DNA of 64,000 bases from a virus (Duplodnaviria > Caudoviricetes). The notes beneath the pieces were generated by a model. That model searched no databases. It was not told the DNA's origin and worked only from the letters and a program-made list of their open reading frames with translations. Positions 1 through 9,208 of the stretch are shown here, piece by piece (within the stretch, counting starts at the first letter, position 1; each line of letters begins with the position of its first letter). Made by a program: the position numbers and the translations under genes. Location of the stretch: positions 1 through 64,000 of the IMG/VR virus record IMGVR_UViG_3300027804_002812, one strand, 5' to 3'.

Positions 1-576
1 AGGTACAACCATCGCATTAGCAGGATTAAAGTTGTCATACGGTCCATAAACGTTTGCAGGTCTAACTATTGATATCCTATCCCACCCGTATTGTTTTTTA
101 TAGGTTTCAGTTTGTAATTCTCCAATTCTTTTCGCCCACCCCGCGTACATGTCGTTCGGAGAAGGAAATGTCCCCCAAACACTTTCTTCATAAAAAATTT
201 CAGACGGAGCATAAACTCCAACTGAACTTGTGAACAAATACCATTTGACATCAGATTCAAATGCCGCTTGAGTCATGTTAGTATTGAACTGTAACATTGG
301 GACCATAAAATCAACTGGTTGATTCATACACATATGTGGAGACCCTTTGACACCCGCTAAATGGAAAACATAATCTTGTCCCTTACATACTTCCAAACAA
401 CTATTAAAATTTCTCAAGTCAGTCTTGACAAAATTAACATTGAAGGGTAAATGTTCTGGCTCTGTCAAATCCGCGATAGTGACTTTGGCCCCTTTTAATA
501 CTAACTTTTTAACAAGTTGCCTCCCAATCATTCCGGCTCCACCTGTTACTAATACTTTTTGGTTATTAAACATCAT
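1..576 (-). CDS. NAD(P)-dependent epimerase/reductase, GDP-fucose-synthase (Fcl/ColC)-like extended SDR; partial, runs off left edge
   Basis: Not in the ORF track; translated by hand from ATG at 576: MMFNNQKVLVTGGAGMIGRQLV...HLAGVKG...FTSSVGVYAP...YAGWAKRIGE...IVRPANVYGPYDNFNPANAMVVP, open to base 1. GGxGxxG Rossmann motif and RPxNxYGPxDNF motif. Confidence 0.88.
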   Translation of the reverse strand, partial: MMFNNQKVLVTGGAGMIGRQLVKKLVLKGAKVTIADLTEPEHLPFNVNFVKTDLRNFNSCLEVCKGQDYVFHLAGVKGSPHMCMNQPVDFMVPMLQFNTNMTQAAFESDVKWYLFTSSVGVYAPSEIFYEESVWGTFPSPNDMYAGWAKRIGELQTETYKKQYGWDRISIVRPANVYGPYDNFNPANAMVVP

Positions 577-1753
577 TCAATCTTTTTACTAAATTTATAA
601 TTTGCTCATCAGTCAAATCTGTGTGATTTCCAATATACAATGAATTACTGTGTATATAATTAACAACATCTAAATCACCTGATATCTTGAATGGGAAATT
701 GTCTAAATATGGCTGATTAGCCTGGTTCCCTCCACCGGCAGTTCCCAATCTATATTCAACCCCACATATATCTAAAACGTCACAAACACTACTATAGTCA
801 TCATTAATATGAAATCTATCTTTATAATCAGGTTTCATTATTAGTGGTAACGCGAAACTACTATTCCCATCAATATCAAAATCAGTATAAAATTTGTGTT
901 TATCCAAATTTTGAAACCATACTGATAAATTATGTCTTCGTCTTTCGATATTATAATCAATTCGTTTCATTTGTTCTATCCCTAAAACAGCATTGATTTC
1001 AGTACTTCTCATATTAAATCCCGCAACCGCAAACGTGAACATAGGGTTTAATTCAGGATAATTATTTCTGTAGTTGCTCTGAGTTTCCTCGGAAACTTCT
1101 CTTGTCATACCATGTGACCTAAATAACTTGGAGGATTCATAAATTTGTTCATTATTGGTACAAATCATTCCTCCTTCTATTGTTGTAATATGGTGCCCAA
1201 AATAGAATGAAAAAATAGAAATGTCTCCGAACGTGCCCACTTTTTGATTATTAAACGTTGCCCCATGAGCTTCACAACAATCTTCGATTAATAGAATATC
1301 ATTTTCTTTGGCGATTTTGATAATCTCTTCGTTAATCCCATTGAACCCAAGGCAATGTACCAAAACAATCGCTTTAGTTTTCTTGGTTATCGCCCTTTTA
1401 ATATTTTCTGCGGTTATCGCCAAGTTATCCAAAGATACATCAACAAATACCGGAGTCATACCTAATTGTACTACCGATGAAATATCCGATACCCACCCTA
1501 ATGGGGGTACAATAACTTCACCAATACCTTTAAGTTCTTTAACAATTGCAATCGAAACAAAATTTCCTGAATTACCGGAGTTCAACATAGTACTATGTTT
1601 GACACCCAACCAATTACTCCATATCTTTTCGAATTCTTTAACCTTTTCCCCGTTTGTTAATCTTTGGTTTGATAATATAAAATCAGATAAAGCCTCCCTA
1701 TCTTCACGACTGACATTGTCGTTTATAAGTGGCCAATTATATGTCTTTCCCAT
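566..1753 (-). CDS. DegT/DnrJ/EryC1/StrS-family PLP enzyme, ColD-type GDP-4-keto-6-deoxymannose 3-dehydratase-like
   Basis: LIEDCCEAHGA, SFYFGHHITTIEGGM with His in place of the Schiff-base Lys, FRSHGMTR, GFNMR; no Cys-rich Fe-S insert as in E1/DdhC. Confidence 0.85.
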   Translation of the reverse strand: MGKTYNWPLINDNVSREDREALSDFILSNQRLTNGEKVKEFEKIWSNWLGVKHSTMLNSGNSGNFVSIAIVKELKGIGEVIVPPLGWVSDISSVVQLGMTPVFVDVSLDNLAITAENIKRAITKKTKAIVLVHCLGFNGINEEIIKIAKENDILLIEDCCEAHGATFNNQKVGTFGDISIFSFYFGHHITTIEGGMICTNNEQIYESSKLFRSHGMTREVSEETQSNYRNNYPELNPMFTFAVAGFNMRSTEINAVLGIEQMKRIDYNIERRRHNLSVWFQNLDKHKFYTDFDIDGNSSFALPLIMKPDYKDRFHINDDYSSVCDVLDICGVEYRLGTAGGGNQANQPYLDNFPFKISGDLDVVNYIHSNSLYIGNHTDLTDEQIINLVKRLNDV

Positions 1754-1770
1754 AATATTAAAAATAAAGT

Positions 1771-2502
1771 TTAATCCATTGAAGTCAAAGACTTGTCCAA
1801 TATTAATTTTAGTAAAGGAATTGGTATTTTGACTGGTCTGTGTATTCCTACAGGATGTGGGTAAAAAATATCTTCAACACTAAATTTCATTGCAGTTAAT
1901 ATATCAGGTAACTGATGGTCGTCTAAATGTTTTACAAAAAAAATATCTTCCCAAACACCCTTTTCGTTTTCATACTTTTTTAAGTACTCAATAGTTTTTG
2001 ATTTGTTTCTGATTGATAATCCTCCATTACCAACAAACTTCCCTTCTTTTGGTTTAGACCAAGGAGCTCCAATAAAATCATAATCTAAAAACTCTTCTAT
2101 GTTGTCTCTTAATAACAAGGAGTCTATTTGAAAATTCAATATTATTTCTCCCTCAACTAGTTCCCAAAATTCAATACTTTTTAATAATTCTGTGTGAGTT
2201 TCTTTATCAATGTCTTCGATGTCCAGTTTAGTTAGTAAAACATTGTCCCAATCTTTGACAATATTCTTAATATAACTTTCGTTTCCCTCACTATGGAAAA
2301 TTTGTAACCCCCATCTAACATCTTTGTTGTTTTTATTTAAGAAATAAATGTGGTTCTTCAATATCTGTTCAAAATTAATGACAACCCTATTCTCAACTAT
2401 AATCGAATTATATATTGAATCTTTTTTTACTTGTGGGAGATAACCTTTAGTTTTTTCGGTAAACTTGGTCAAGTATTCACACAATAAGTCGTAATGTTCC
2501 AT
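1771..2502 (-). CDS. DUF5672-like protein (putative glycosyltransferase-associated)
   Basis: YDFIGAPW, VGNGGLSIR, EDIFF, FSVE motifs. Confidence 0.7.
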   Translation of the reverse strand: MEHYDLLCEYLTKFTEKTKGYLPQVKKDSIYNSIIVENRVVINFEQILKNHIYFLNKNNKDVRWGLQIFHSEGNESYIKNIVKDWDNVLLTKLDIEDIDKETHTELLKSIEFWELVEGEIILNFQIDSLLLRDNIEEFLDYDFIGAPWSKPKEGKFVGNGGLSIRNKSKTIEYLKKYENEKGVWEDIFFVKHLDDHQLPDILTAMKFSVEDIFYPHPVGIHRPVKIPIPLLKLILDKSLTSMD

Positions 2503-3122
2503 TATAAAAAATCGTAAATCTTGTCGTATATATATTCTCCGATAATACGATATCCCAACTCATTGGGATGATAGTCACCTTTGAACATATTTTCTTTGTC
2601 ATTCCAAACTTTTCTACTTTCATATTCCCACACAGAAACATTATTAACTAATTCGTATAAGTTCAAAAGGTCAGATAAACAATCGTTTGGGTTAATAAAA
2701 TAATTTGGTAAAGATTTTGAATCAAAATCTTCATTGTGAAACATAGGATAAAAAGAGTTGAAATAGAAATGTTTATGACTAGTTAGAGCATTTTCTATTT
2801 TATGGTATATCTCGATAACATTGTAAGTGTCCGCAGTATATCGATACGGATAGGAAAACATAACTATAATGATATCATCAGAGTTTATAAACCCCATATC
2901 AAGTGATTGTTCAATTTCCTTGAGTATGTATTCATTTCCATATCCACAAACTCCACAATTCACGTATAAACAGTCTAGTTTTTGAGCAACCCATCTCGGC
3001 CAAGAATTTTGATTTCTTAAATTTGTGATGAACTTTTCGGGGTGAGCAACTTCTTTATACTTTATATCAGTTTCAATTCCATGACCCGCAGTCCAACTAT
3101 CTCCGAAACAAATTAATCTCAT
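2502..3122 (-). CDS. SGNH/GDSL hydrolase-like protein
   Basis: N-terminal FGDSWTAG and C-terminal DYHPNELGY motifs. Confidence 0.7.
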   Translation of the reverse strand: MRLICFGDSWTAGHGIETDIKYKEVAHPEKFITNLRNQNSWPRWVAQKLDCLYVNCGVCGYGNEYILKEIEQSLDMGFINSDDIIIVMFSYPYRYTADTYNVIEIYHKIENALTSHKHFYFNSFYPMFHNEDFDSKSLPNYFINPNDCLSDLLNLYELVNNVSVWEYESRKVWNDKENMFKGDYHPNELGYRIIGEYIYDKIYDFL

Positions 3123-3856
3123 ATTATCCCATCTCTTGTTTTTATAAATTCATAAAAATACTTTGCTTGAGATAAATGTCCAAGTTCACCACTATGTAAA
3201 TCCTTTACATCTCCTGAAGTTTCATGTTCCATAGTGTGTTTTCCATCAGAATATAATCTTCGTGAAAATTCAAATACATCTAAACTACCGTTAGGAGTTC
3301 TGATGAATGTTCCAATCTCATCTTTATCATTAAACTTTTCATTAAAAAATAAATCATCCGAATTCCAATGTAATATATTGACCCCACTCAGACGACAAAA
3401 AGAATTTATTAAAGAAATCCATTTCCAAAGTTCCGTGTTCCATTCAGCATGAGATCTATTGTTGAATACCTCTACTAATGTTTGGTCAGAAAAAATATGT
3501 GTTCCATTTGTATTGATAAAAGATGGTAATATATTGTTCATATGACCATCTCTCTCATTATACGCAACAAATCTCAAGAGTGATGTCCACCCAATAATAA
3601 TCAAATCCCCTTTTCGAAATTTCTTATGTTCATCAATAAACTTCCAAAAAATAGTTTGATTAGCGGCACCACCTTCTCCACAGTTATTTACATCATAATC
3701 CATCATTTCAGATAATACAGTTGGCCAAACTTTTGGTAAATTACCACCTCTCCAATCTTTATAATCATCATAATTACTTCTTTGTTGGGGGTGACCAACA
3801 GGATGATATTCGGCAGTGAAACTACATCCGAATGTCCACAAAGTTTTTCTACTCAT
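3119..3856 (-). CDS. SGNH hydrolase-like protein
   Basis: FGCSFTA and DLHSGELGH; shares the RGGNLPxxW segment with the next gene. Confidence 0.65.
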   Translation of the reverse strand: MSRKTLWTFGCSFTAEYHPVGHPQQRSNYDDYKDWRGGNLPKVWPTVLSEMMDYDVNNCGEGGAANQTIFWKFIDEHKKFRKGDLIIIGWTSLLRFVAYNERDGHMNNILPSFINTNGTHIFSDQTLVEVFNNRSHAEWNTELWKWISLINSFCRLSGVNILHWNSDDLFFNEKFNDKDEIGTFIRTPNGSLDVFEFSRRLYSDGKHTMEHETSGDVKDLHSGELGHLSQAKYFYEFIKTRDGII

Positions 3857-4629
3857 ATTAGGTTATTTTTTGTAATATATTTATAAAATAGTTCATATTG
3901 AATGAAGTGACCCTTTTCTCCTAAATGACCGTCGCCAACAGCTCCATTGGTTTCATCAAATATTGTAGTTCCTCCATGTCCAAAAAATACATCAAACATA
4001 GTCCGTTTAGGGCCCATACGTACAAAACTATGGTTGTTTGCTTCTGGTGGAATTTGTAGAGGTAATTTTTCAATTTCCTCATGACATATATAATACTTAT
4101 TGTTCAATTTTTCTGATGACAAATTGTTTATTATATCGATATCAGCAGACCAAAAAAACAACTGAAACCCTTTCGATTTAGAAAATTCAACAAGTAATTT
4201 TTCTTGCTCATATACTTCATCAATATATGGAGGTAAAGTTTTATTCACCGCAATATCCATTCTAGTCGATTCTGAAATATACTCACCGTTTTCAGGATTA
4301 GCACTTAATCGTTTCCATTGAAATAAATTTTGTTTGTCGTAAAGATAAGCCCATCTAAATCTTTGCGGATAAGTCCAATTTATGATAACCATATCTCCTT
4401 TTTCAAACTCATTCGAACGCTGGCATACTGTTTGAAAAATCTCAACATTAGACATTCCCGCAACCGCATGATTATTCATTTTCATTCCCAATTTGTTCGA
4501 GAGTAAATCCCCCCAACAAAGAGGTAAATTACCGCCTCTGAATTCTTTCCACTCTGGATAACGAGGGAAACTATCATCTAACAAATGACCTTGAGTGAAA
4601 CTATCTCCAAATAAATGTAATGTTCTCAT
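3853..4629 (-). CDS. SGNH hydrolase-like protein
   Basis: FGDSFTQG and DGHLGEKGH; start moved to 4629 (MRTLHL), which gives an ATGA overlap with the upstream stop. Confidence 0.65.
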   Translation of the reverse strand: MRTLHLFGDSFTQGHLLDDSFPRYPEWKEFRGGNLPLCWGDLLSNKLGMKMNNHAVAGMSNVEIFQTVCQRSNEFEKGDMVIINWTYPQRFRWAYLYDKQNLFQWKRLSANPENGEYISESTRMDIAVNKTLPPYIDEVYEQEKLLVEFSKSKGFQLFFWSADIDIINNLSSEKLNNKYYICHEEIEKLPLQIPPEANNHSFVRMGPKRTMFDVFFGHGGTTIFDETNGAVGDGHLGEKGHFIQYELFYKYITKNNLI

Positions 4630-5921
4630 ATTAAATCCCAAAATAAATCGAAGTCCTGAGTTTTGTCTAACGCAATTTCGAGTAGTTTTCTTCTATTCGA
4701 TTCAAATCTCTCTTTATTTTTTTTATAAAATTCTTTTATTTGTTCTTTATTATTGTTGATTCTTTTAATTTCATCGATGAACATCAAAAATCTTTTTTTA
4801 TCATTTAATTCACTGTCGTAGGAATGGTCTATAACATCATCAAAAAAATCAAAATCGTACTTCTTTTTTAACTGTTTGATATGATTAGGTGTTGCTAAAA
4901 TCAATGGAATTTGATAATAGAAAAAAGGTCTGAAAGATTTTTCAGTAGTATGTATAACACCTGGATAGAAAGTTTGTGACTCATAAGCACTCTCTGAAAT
5001 TATATTAACATAAGAGTTCTCGTAACTTTCTTTGAGTTCTGGATAGTGAAGTGTCGATTGACCTTCTTGATGAAAACCTCTGAATCCATAATTATTGTAA
5101 TCATAATACCCTTTACCACTTTCATAATCGTCTTCTTTAATAGTTGTGTTGAATGATTTAATCAAATCGGCCTTTTGCCATATCTCAGCCTCATCAAATG
5201 ACAAATAATATGGCATAACATCATCTCCGGGATAGGTGAATAACTTTGAATAGTTAATATCTTGAAGAAGATTATTAATCATCAAATGAAATAACAAATT
5301 TAATCTATGTGGTTTAGCGGTCTTGTTCCTTGACATGAAGAATTTACCTGTTTTATTTTCCACAAAGTTTACATCTTTAACTTCAGTAAGAGCAAATGTT
5401 GAGGAATAGTCAATAAAATTGATTTTTTTCGCATTAACCCCGTATTTTTGACCCAAAAAATCACTCAAGGAATTATTGGTAACATAGTAAAACTGATTTG
5501 TTGATATCCCATTTTCTCTCAAAAGTTCTTTGGTACATTTTATCTCTGTGTCACATGCCGGCTCATGCTCCATAGTTATTATCAGAATCAAATTTTTATT
5601 TTGTCTAATAACTTCTAAAGTAGAATCCAACAAGAAAAAATTCCACTTGTTTTCCATAATCAATTTTGATGATAAAAATGCACTTCCCACAATACAAAAA
5701 AATTTTTCGTGTGGATTTTTTTTAACATCATCTAAATTACAAACTTTAATGGATAACTTACGTTCTGTATAATCTTTTCGATTTGTTGGCTCCATTATAT
5801 GAGTTTCGAAAAAATTTCTTGAATCAAAAAAAAGAAACTGATTGAAACTACTCATCCCATTGGCAATGGGTTCGTCACCGTTCCAAGATTCATAAACTAA
5901 ATTTAATGTTTTCTCTATCAT
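4626..5921 (-). CDS. Putative GT-B-fold glycosyltransferase (GT10/exostosin-like C-terminus), copy 3 of an unnamed family
   Basis: HRLNLL, SYVNIISES, TEKSFRPF, IPLILA, FDDVIDHSYD motifs shared with 7885..9201 and the C-terminal half of 9209..11332. Confidence 0.5.
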   Translation of the reverse strand: MIEKTLNLVYESWNGDEPIANGMSSFNQFLFFDSRNFFETHIMEPTNRKDYTERKLSIKVCNLDDVKKNPHEKFFCIVGSAFLSSKLIMENKWNFFLLDSTLEVIRQNKNLILIITMEHEPACDTEIKCTKELLRENGISTNQFYYVTNNSLSDFLGQKYGVNAKKINFIDYSSTFALTEVKDVNFVENKTGKFFMSRNKTAKPHRLNLLFHLMINNLLQDINYSKLFTYPGDDVMPYYLSFDEAEIWQKADLIKSFNTTIKEDDYESGKGYYDYNNYGFRGFHQEGQSTLHYPELKESYENSYVNIISESAYESQTFYPGVIHTTEKSFRPFFYYQIPLILATPNHIKQLKKKYDFDFFDDVIDHSYDSELNDKKRFLMFIDEIKRINNNKEQIKEFYKKNKERFESNRRKLLEIALDKTQDFDLFWDLI

Positions 5922-5937
5922 TTTTTTATTCTATAAC

Positions 5938-7101
5938 TCAATTTAATCGAGTATTACCATAATGTATCACTAAGTTTTCTTCAGAGTAATATTTTCTCCA
6001 TGGGTCAACCACTATCGAACCTTTTGGGAAAGGGTATTCATGAAATTTATTAAAATGAGCAAGCAAGTATATAGCGGTTTTGGGATTTTCAATATCAAAA
6101 TCAACTTGAATTCCTAATTCGTTAATATAGTGAGATACTAAAATTGATGATGATCCGTCTAAATAATCCACATCAGGTTTGTATGATTTACCTAAAATAA
6201 TAATTGGTAAATTATATTCTTTGGATAACTCAACCAATCTCATCGCCATATTTTTAGCCTGAACTTCTCGGGCTTCCATTATTGAATCAAACAAATCGTA
6301 CCCTAATCCTAATTTTTCAGACATAAATCTCAACGCAATATTGTCTCGTGGATGGCATCCTCCACCATCTCCCATACCTGCCTTCATATATGCAGGCCCT
6401 AATATCCTTTGTGTACTTCTTTCAAGAGCCCCTGTTACAATATCAACATTCATGTTACCATTTTTTTCGGCAACATCTTGGATCATATTCACTAAAGCGA
6501 CTTTTGTTGATATGAATGTGTTATAAAAAATCTTTATCGCTTCGGCCTCGTCCCAAGTTCCGACTTCACATCGTGTCGTCTTTGTTACTAATGTATCATA
6601 AAAATCAATCAGTAACTTTGCATCTCCTGTTAATGAACCATCTTCAGTTCCAATTATAATCATTTCAGGGTTAACCATATCAAACTTAACAGTACCCATC
6701 GCAATTAGATATGGGTTATAAATGAATCTGAAATTCTCACAAAGAGGAATAAATTCACGTCGAATTGTTCCAGGTAATACTGTGGAGATTAGTACCACAA
6801 GTTGGTCTTTGGTAGTGTATTTATTGACCTCCGAAAGTACTTCTTTGACTATTGAATAATCAAAATCTTTATTGGGTAAATGAGACGTAGGAAAACGACC
6901 ATCGTAGTCGGGATGGTGTGGTGTCGGAACCGCAACAAAAATTATATTTCTATTGTCACATACATTTTGAATACTATCCACCATTGTGAAATTAGATGGT
7001 TTGACCTCAATAACATCATAACCTATTACATCATGATGATTTGCCATAACTTCTGCGGCATCTTTTCCCAGTTTACCTACACCTATAAATCCTATTTTCA
7101 T
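5938..7101 (-). CDS. UDP-glucose/GDP-mannose 6-dehydrogenase family
   Basis: IGVGKLG, FVAVPTP, LISTVLPGT, YNPYLIAMG, AEAIKIFYNTF, GMGDGGGCHPRD (catalytic Cys), LGKSYKP. Confidence 0.92.
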   Translation of the reverse strand: MKIGFIGVGKLGKDAAEVMANHHDVIGYDVIEVKPSNFTMVDSIQNVCDNRNIIFVAVPTPHHPDYDGRFPTSHLPNKDFDYSIVKEVLSEVNKYTTKDQLVVLISTVLPGTIRREFIPLCENFRFIYNPYLIAMGTVKFDMVNPEMIIIGTEDGSLTGDAKLLIDFYDTLVTKTTRCEVGTWDEAEAIKIFYNTFISTKVALVNMIQDVAEKNGNMNVDIVTGALERSTQRILGPAYMKAGMGDGGGCHPRDNIALRFMSEKLGLGYDLFDSIMEAREVQAKNMAMRLVELSKEYNLPIIILGKSYKPDVDYLDGSSSILVSHYINELGIQVDFDIENPKTAIYLLAHFNKFHEYPFPKGSIVVDPWRKYYSEENLVIHYGNTRLN

Positions 7102-7925
7102 AAATAACTTTGTTCTCGATTTGTACCAATAAATTGTTGGTACGTTAGAGGTAAATTTAGAAAAAAATTGTCGACAAATCCACCAAAAAAACCATCAGCA
7201 CCACAACGATATGATAATTCTTTTTCATCATTAGTTTTATTTTTTCCTTTCGGAACTACATTATTGAGATTTATTCCATCAACTAAAAATTTCGAAGTTT
7301 CTTGGTTAATTATATATGTGTGAGCAGTCGCAGTTTGTCCTCTAAACAACTTAAACTCTTCCTGATAGTTTTCCTTAAGATGAAATCCTAAATTCAAAAA
7401 ACTAATTTCATTATTCAAATCATTATTATATAATTCAACTATGTTATCCAATGTTTTATCTTCAACATATTTATAAAACTTCGCATCATTTTCAAATATC
7501 AACGCTCTTTCATAATTGTTTTTTACAATATCCATTGATATCATCACATGAGAAATATGACATCCAAAAATGTAAAATTCATACATATGGGACTCAAATG
7601 GTGGACCTCCAAACTGTTCAATAATCCAATTGATAATATTTTGGCAATCGGTAGAATGTGTTTCCAAAAGGTCATTAATCATTTTTGGATACAAATAATT
7701 TACCAAAGGTAAAAACCCTTGGGAATCGGCTTCTTTGTCAAAAAAATTCATTTGATTTTCGGAACCAATAACATAGATTGCCGGCACCAAATTCAACCAT
7801 TTTTTCTGTCTTCCATTTATAGTTTCGAGTTGGTACTCAGCTTTTTTCAAGACAGAATTTTTTATCAAAAAGTCTACAATCGTATTATATGAATCTTTTG
7901 TTTCTTCGTTCATATTCAATGACAT
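7098..7925 (-). CDS. Glycosyltransferase family 25-like
   Basis: GCHISH...ALIFENDAKF, TAHTYIIN, GAD motifs match the GT25 pattern (GCxxSH, xEDD, T-x-xY). Confidence 0.65.
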   Translation of the reverse strand: MSLNMNEETKDSYNTIVDFLIKNSVLKKAEYQLETINGRQKKWLNLVPAIYVIGSENQMNFFDKEADSQGFLPLVNYLYPKMINDLLETHSTDCQNIINWIIEQFGGPPFESHMYEFYIFGCHISHVMISMDIVKNNYERALIFENDAKFYKYVEDKTLDNIVELYNNDLNNEISFLNLGFHLKENYQEEFKLFRGQTATAHTYIINQETSKFLVDGINLNNVVPKGKNKTNDEKELSYRCGADGFFGGFVDNFFLNLPLTYQQFIGTNREQSYL

Positions 7926-9201
7926 CTTTCATAAAAATTTCCCGCACAACATCGAAAGCGTACGGAGGTTTTTTCGATGCGTTATGTTCAAGAATGTTAT
8001 AATTGTGTATCAAAACATCCTTCATATCTTTATATATATTAATTTTATTTTTTTCTTTGTCGAATTGTTTGATACTCTCTATTATACCATCCATCCTTTT
8101 CGAGTCAGGTAAAGTATCATATCCCTCATCAATCCACTTGGAAAAAGTTTCATATCCAAGTTTTTTCATTTCATATAAACTATTTCGGTTTCCCAAAACA
8201 ATAAATGGATGATGACATGATATCGGTTTGAACATTTTTTCACTTAGGAAAACGGTTCCTTGGGAATCCTCATATTGAGCTTCACTTACCACTGACAACC
8301 AACTATCCAAATGAGGTTGTTCATAGATTCGTCTAATGTAGTATCCAGTGTCTAACAATTCATTGGATTTCCCGTACAAGTCACAGGGTAGTAAATCTTG
8401 GACTTCAGAAAACACGTTTTGGTCAATTTCAATATCACAAAAATTTCTATAATGTGGAGAAAACTTGTTCATACTTATTAATCCCTTCTCCAACAAATTG
8501 TTTTGATACAACTTAACAAAAAACCAAATTCTATGTTCTCGAGTTTTTTTATTCAAATTATTGAATAACTTAATGTTTTCAAGGTTGGACAATTTATATT
8601 CCAAATGTTCCTCAAATGTCTTCAATTGTTTATTCTCCCACCCCAAATGTCTAATTTCCCCAAACACATCACTTTCGAAATGAGAATATGGTATCGGATG
8701 CATTTTAATGCTTTGTGGATTAATTTCCAACCAAAGTTTATAACGTTCTTTAACTATAGAATTTCCTGTAACGAAAAAAATTTGATTAGGTGATATTCTA
8801 TAATCAACGCACTCGTTATGAAAAAAATCAAAAATCCAATCATCATGGTAACCTTCGAAACTTGAATCAATTAACAAATACGCGTTTCCATCACGTAAAT
8901 CCTTCAAGTATGTTTCATTCAAAAATTCAAAAAGACTTTGAGTTGTCTTATCTGCCGAGTACTTTCCTCCAGCCCACATTTCAGGATCGTTGTTTACCCC
9001 AACAGGAATTATGTATTTATCAGGTTTATTCTTTAATGTGAATTCTTGAAATGTAAATTTATGTTCTTCATTTAATCCACGAAGACATACCATACGATTA
9101 TATAATGGAGCAACTGTAAATCTATCAAATCCAGTTTTATTGGGTACCCAATTCTGAACAAAGTTTCGACTATTTTCCAAGTCTTCAAACACGAAATTCA
9201 T
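7885..9201 (-). CDS. Putative GT-B-fold glycosyltransferase (GT10/exostosin-like), copy 2
   Basis: REHRIWF, SWLSVVSE, FLSEKMFKPISCHHPFIVLG, GYETFSKWIDEGYD. Confidence 0.5.
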   Translation of the reverse strand: MNFVFEDLENSRNFVQNWVPNKTGFDRFTVAPLYNRMVCLRGLNEEHKFTFQEFTLKNKPDKYIIPVGVNNDPEMWAGGKYSADKTTQSLFEFLNETYLKDLRDGNAYLLIDSSFEGYHDDWIFDFFHNECVDYRISPNQIFFVTGNSIVKERYKLWLEINPQSIKMHPIPYSHFESDVFGEIRHLGWENKQLKTFEEHLEYKLSNLENIKLFNNLNKKTREHRIWFFVKLYQNNLLEKGLISMNKFSPHYRNFCDIEIDQNVFSEVQDLLPCDLYGKSNELLDTGYYIRRIYEQPHLDSWLSVVSEAQYEDSQGTVFLSEKMFKPISCHHPFIVLGNRNSLYEMKKLGYETFSKWIDEGYDTLPDSKRMDGIIESIKQFDKEKNKINIYKDMKDVLIHNYNILEHNASKKPPYAFDVVREIFMKDVIEYERRNKRFI

Positions 9202-9208
9202 ACATTAA

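Noticed and set aside
66-260. 64-aa minus-strand ORF from the track
   Set aside because: Out-of-frame overlap inside the real SDR gene (1..576), which the track missed because it runs off the edge.
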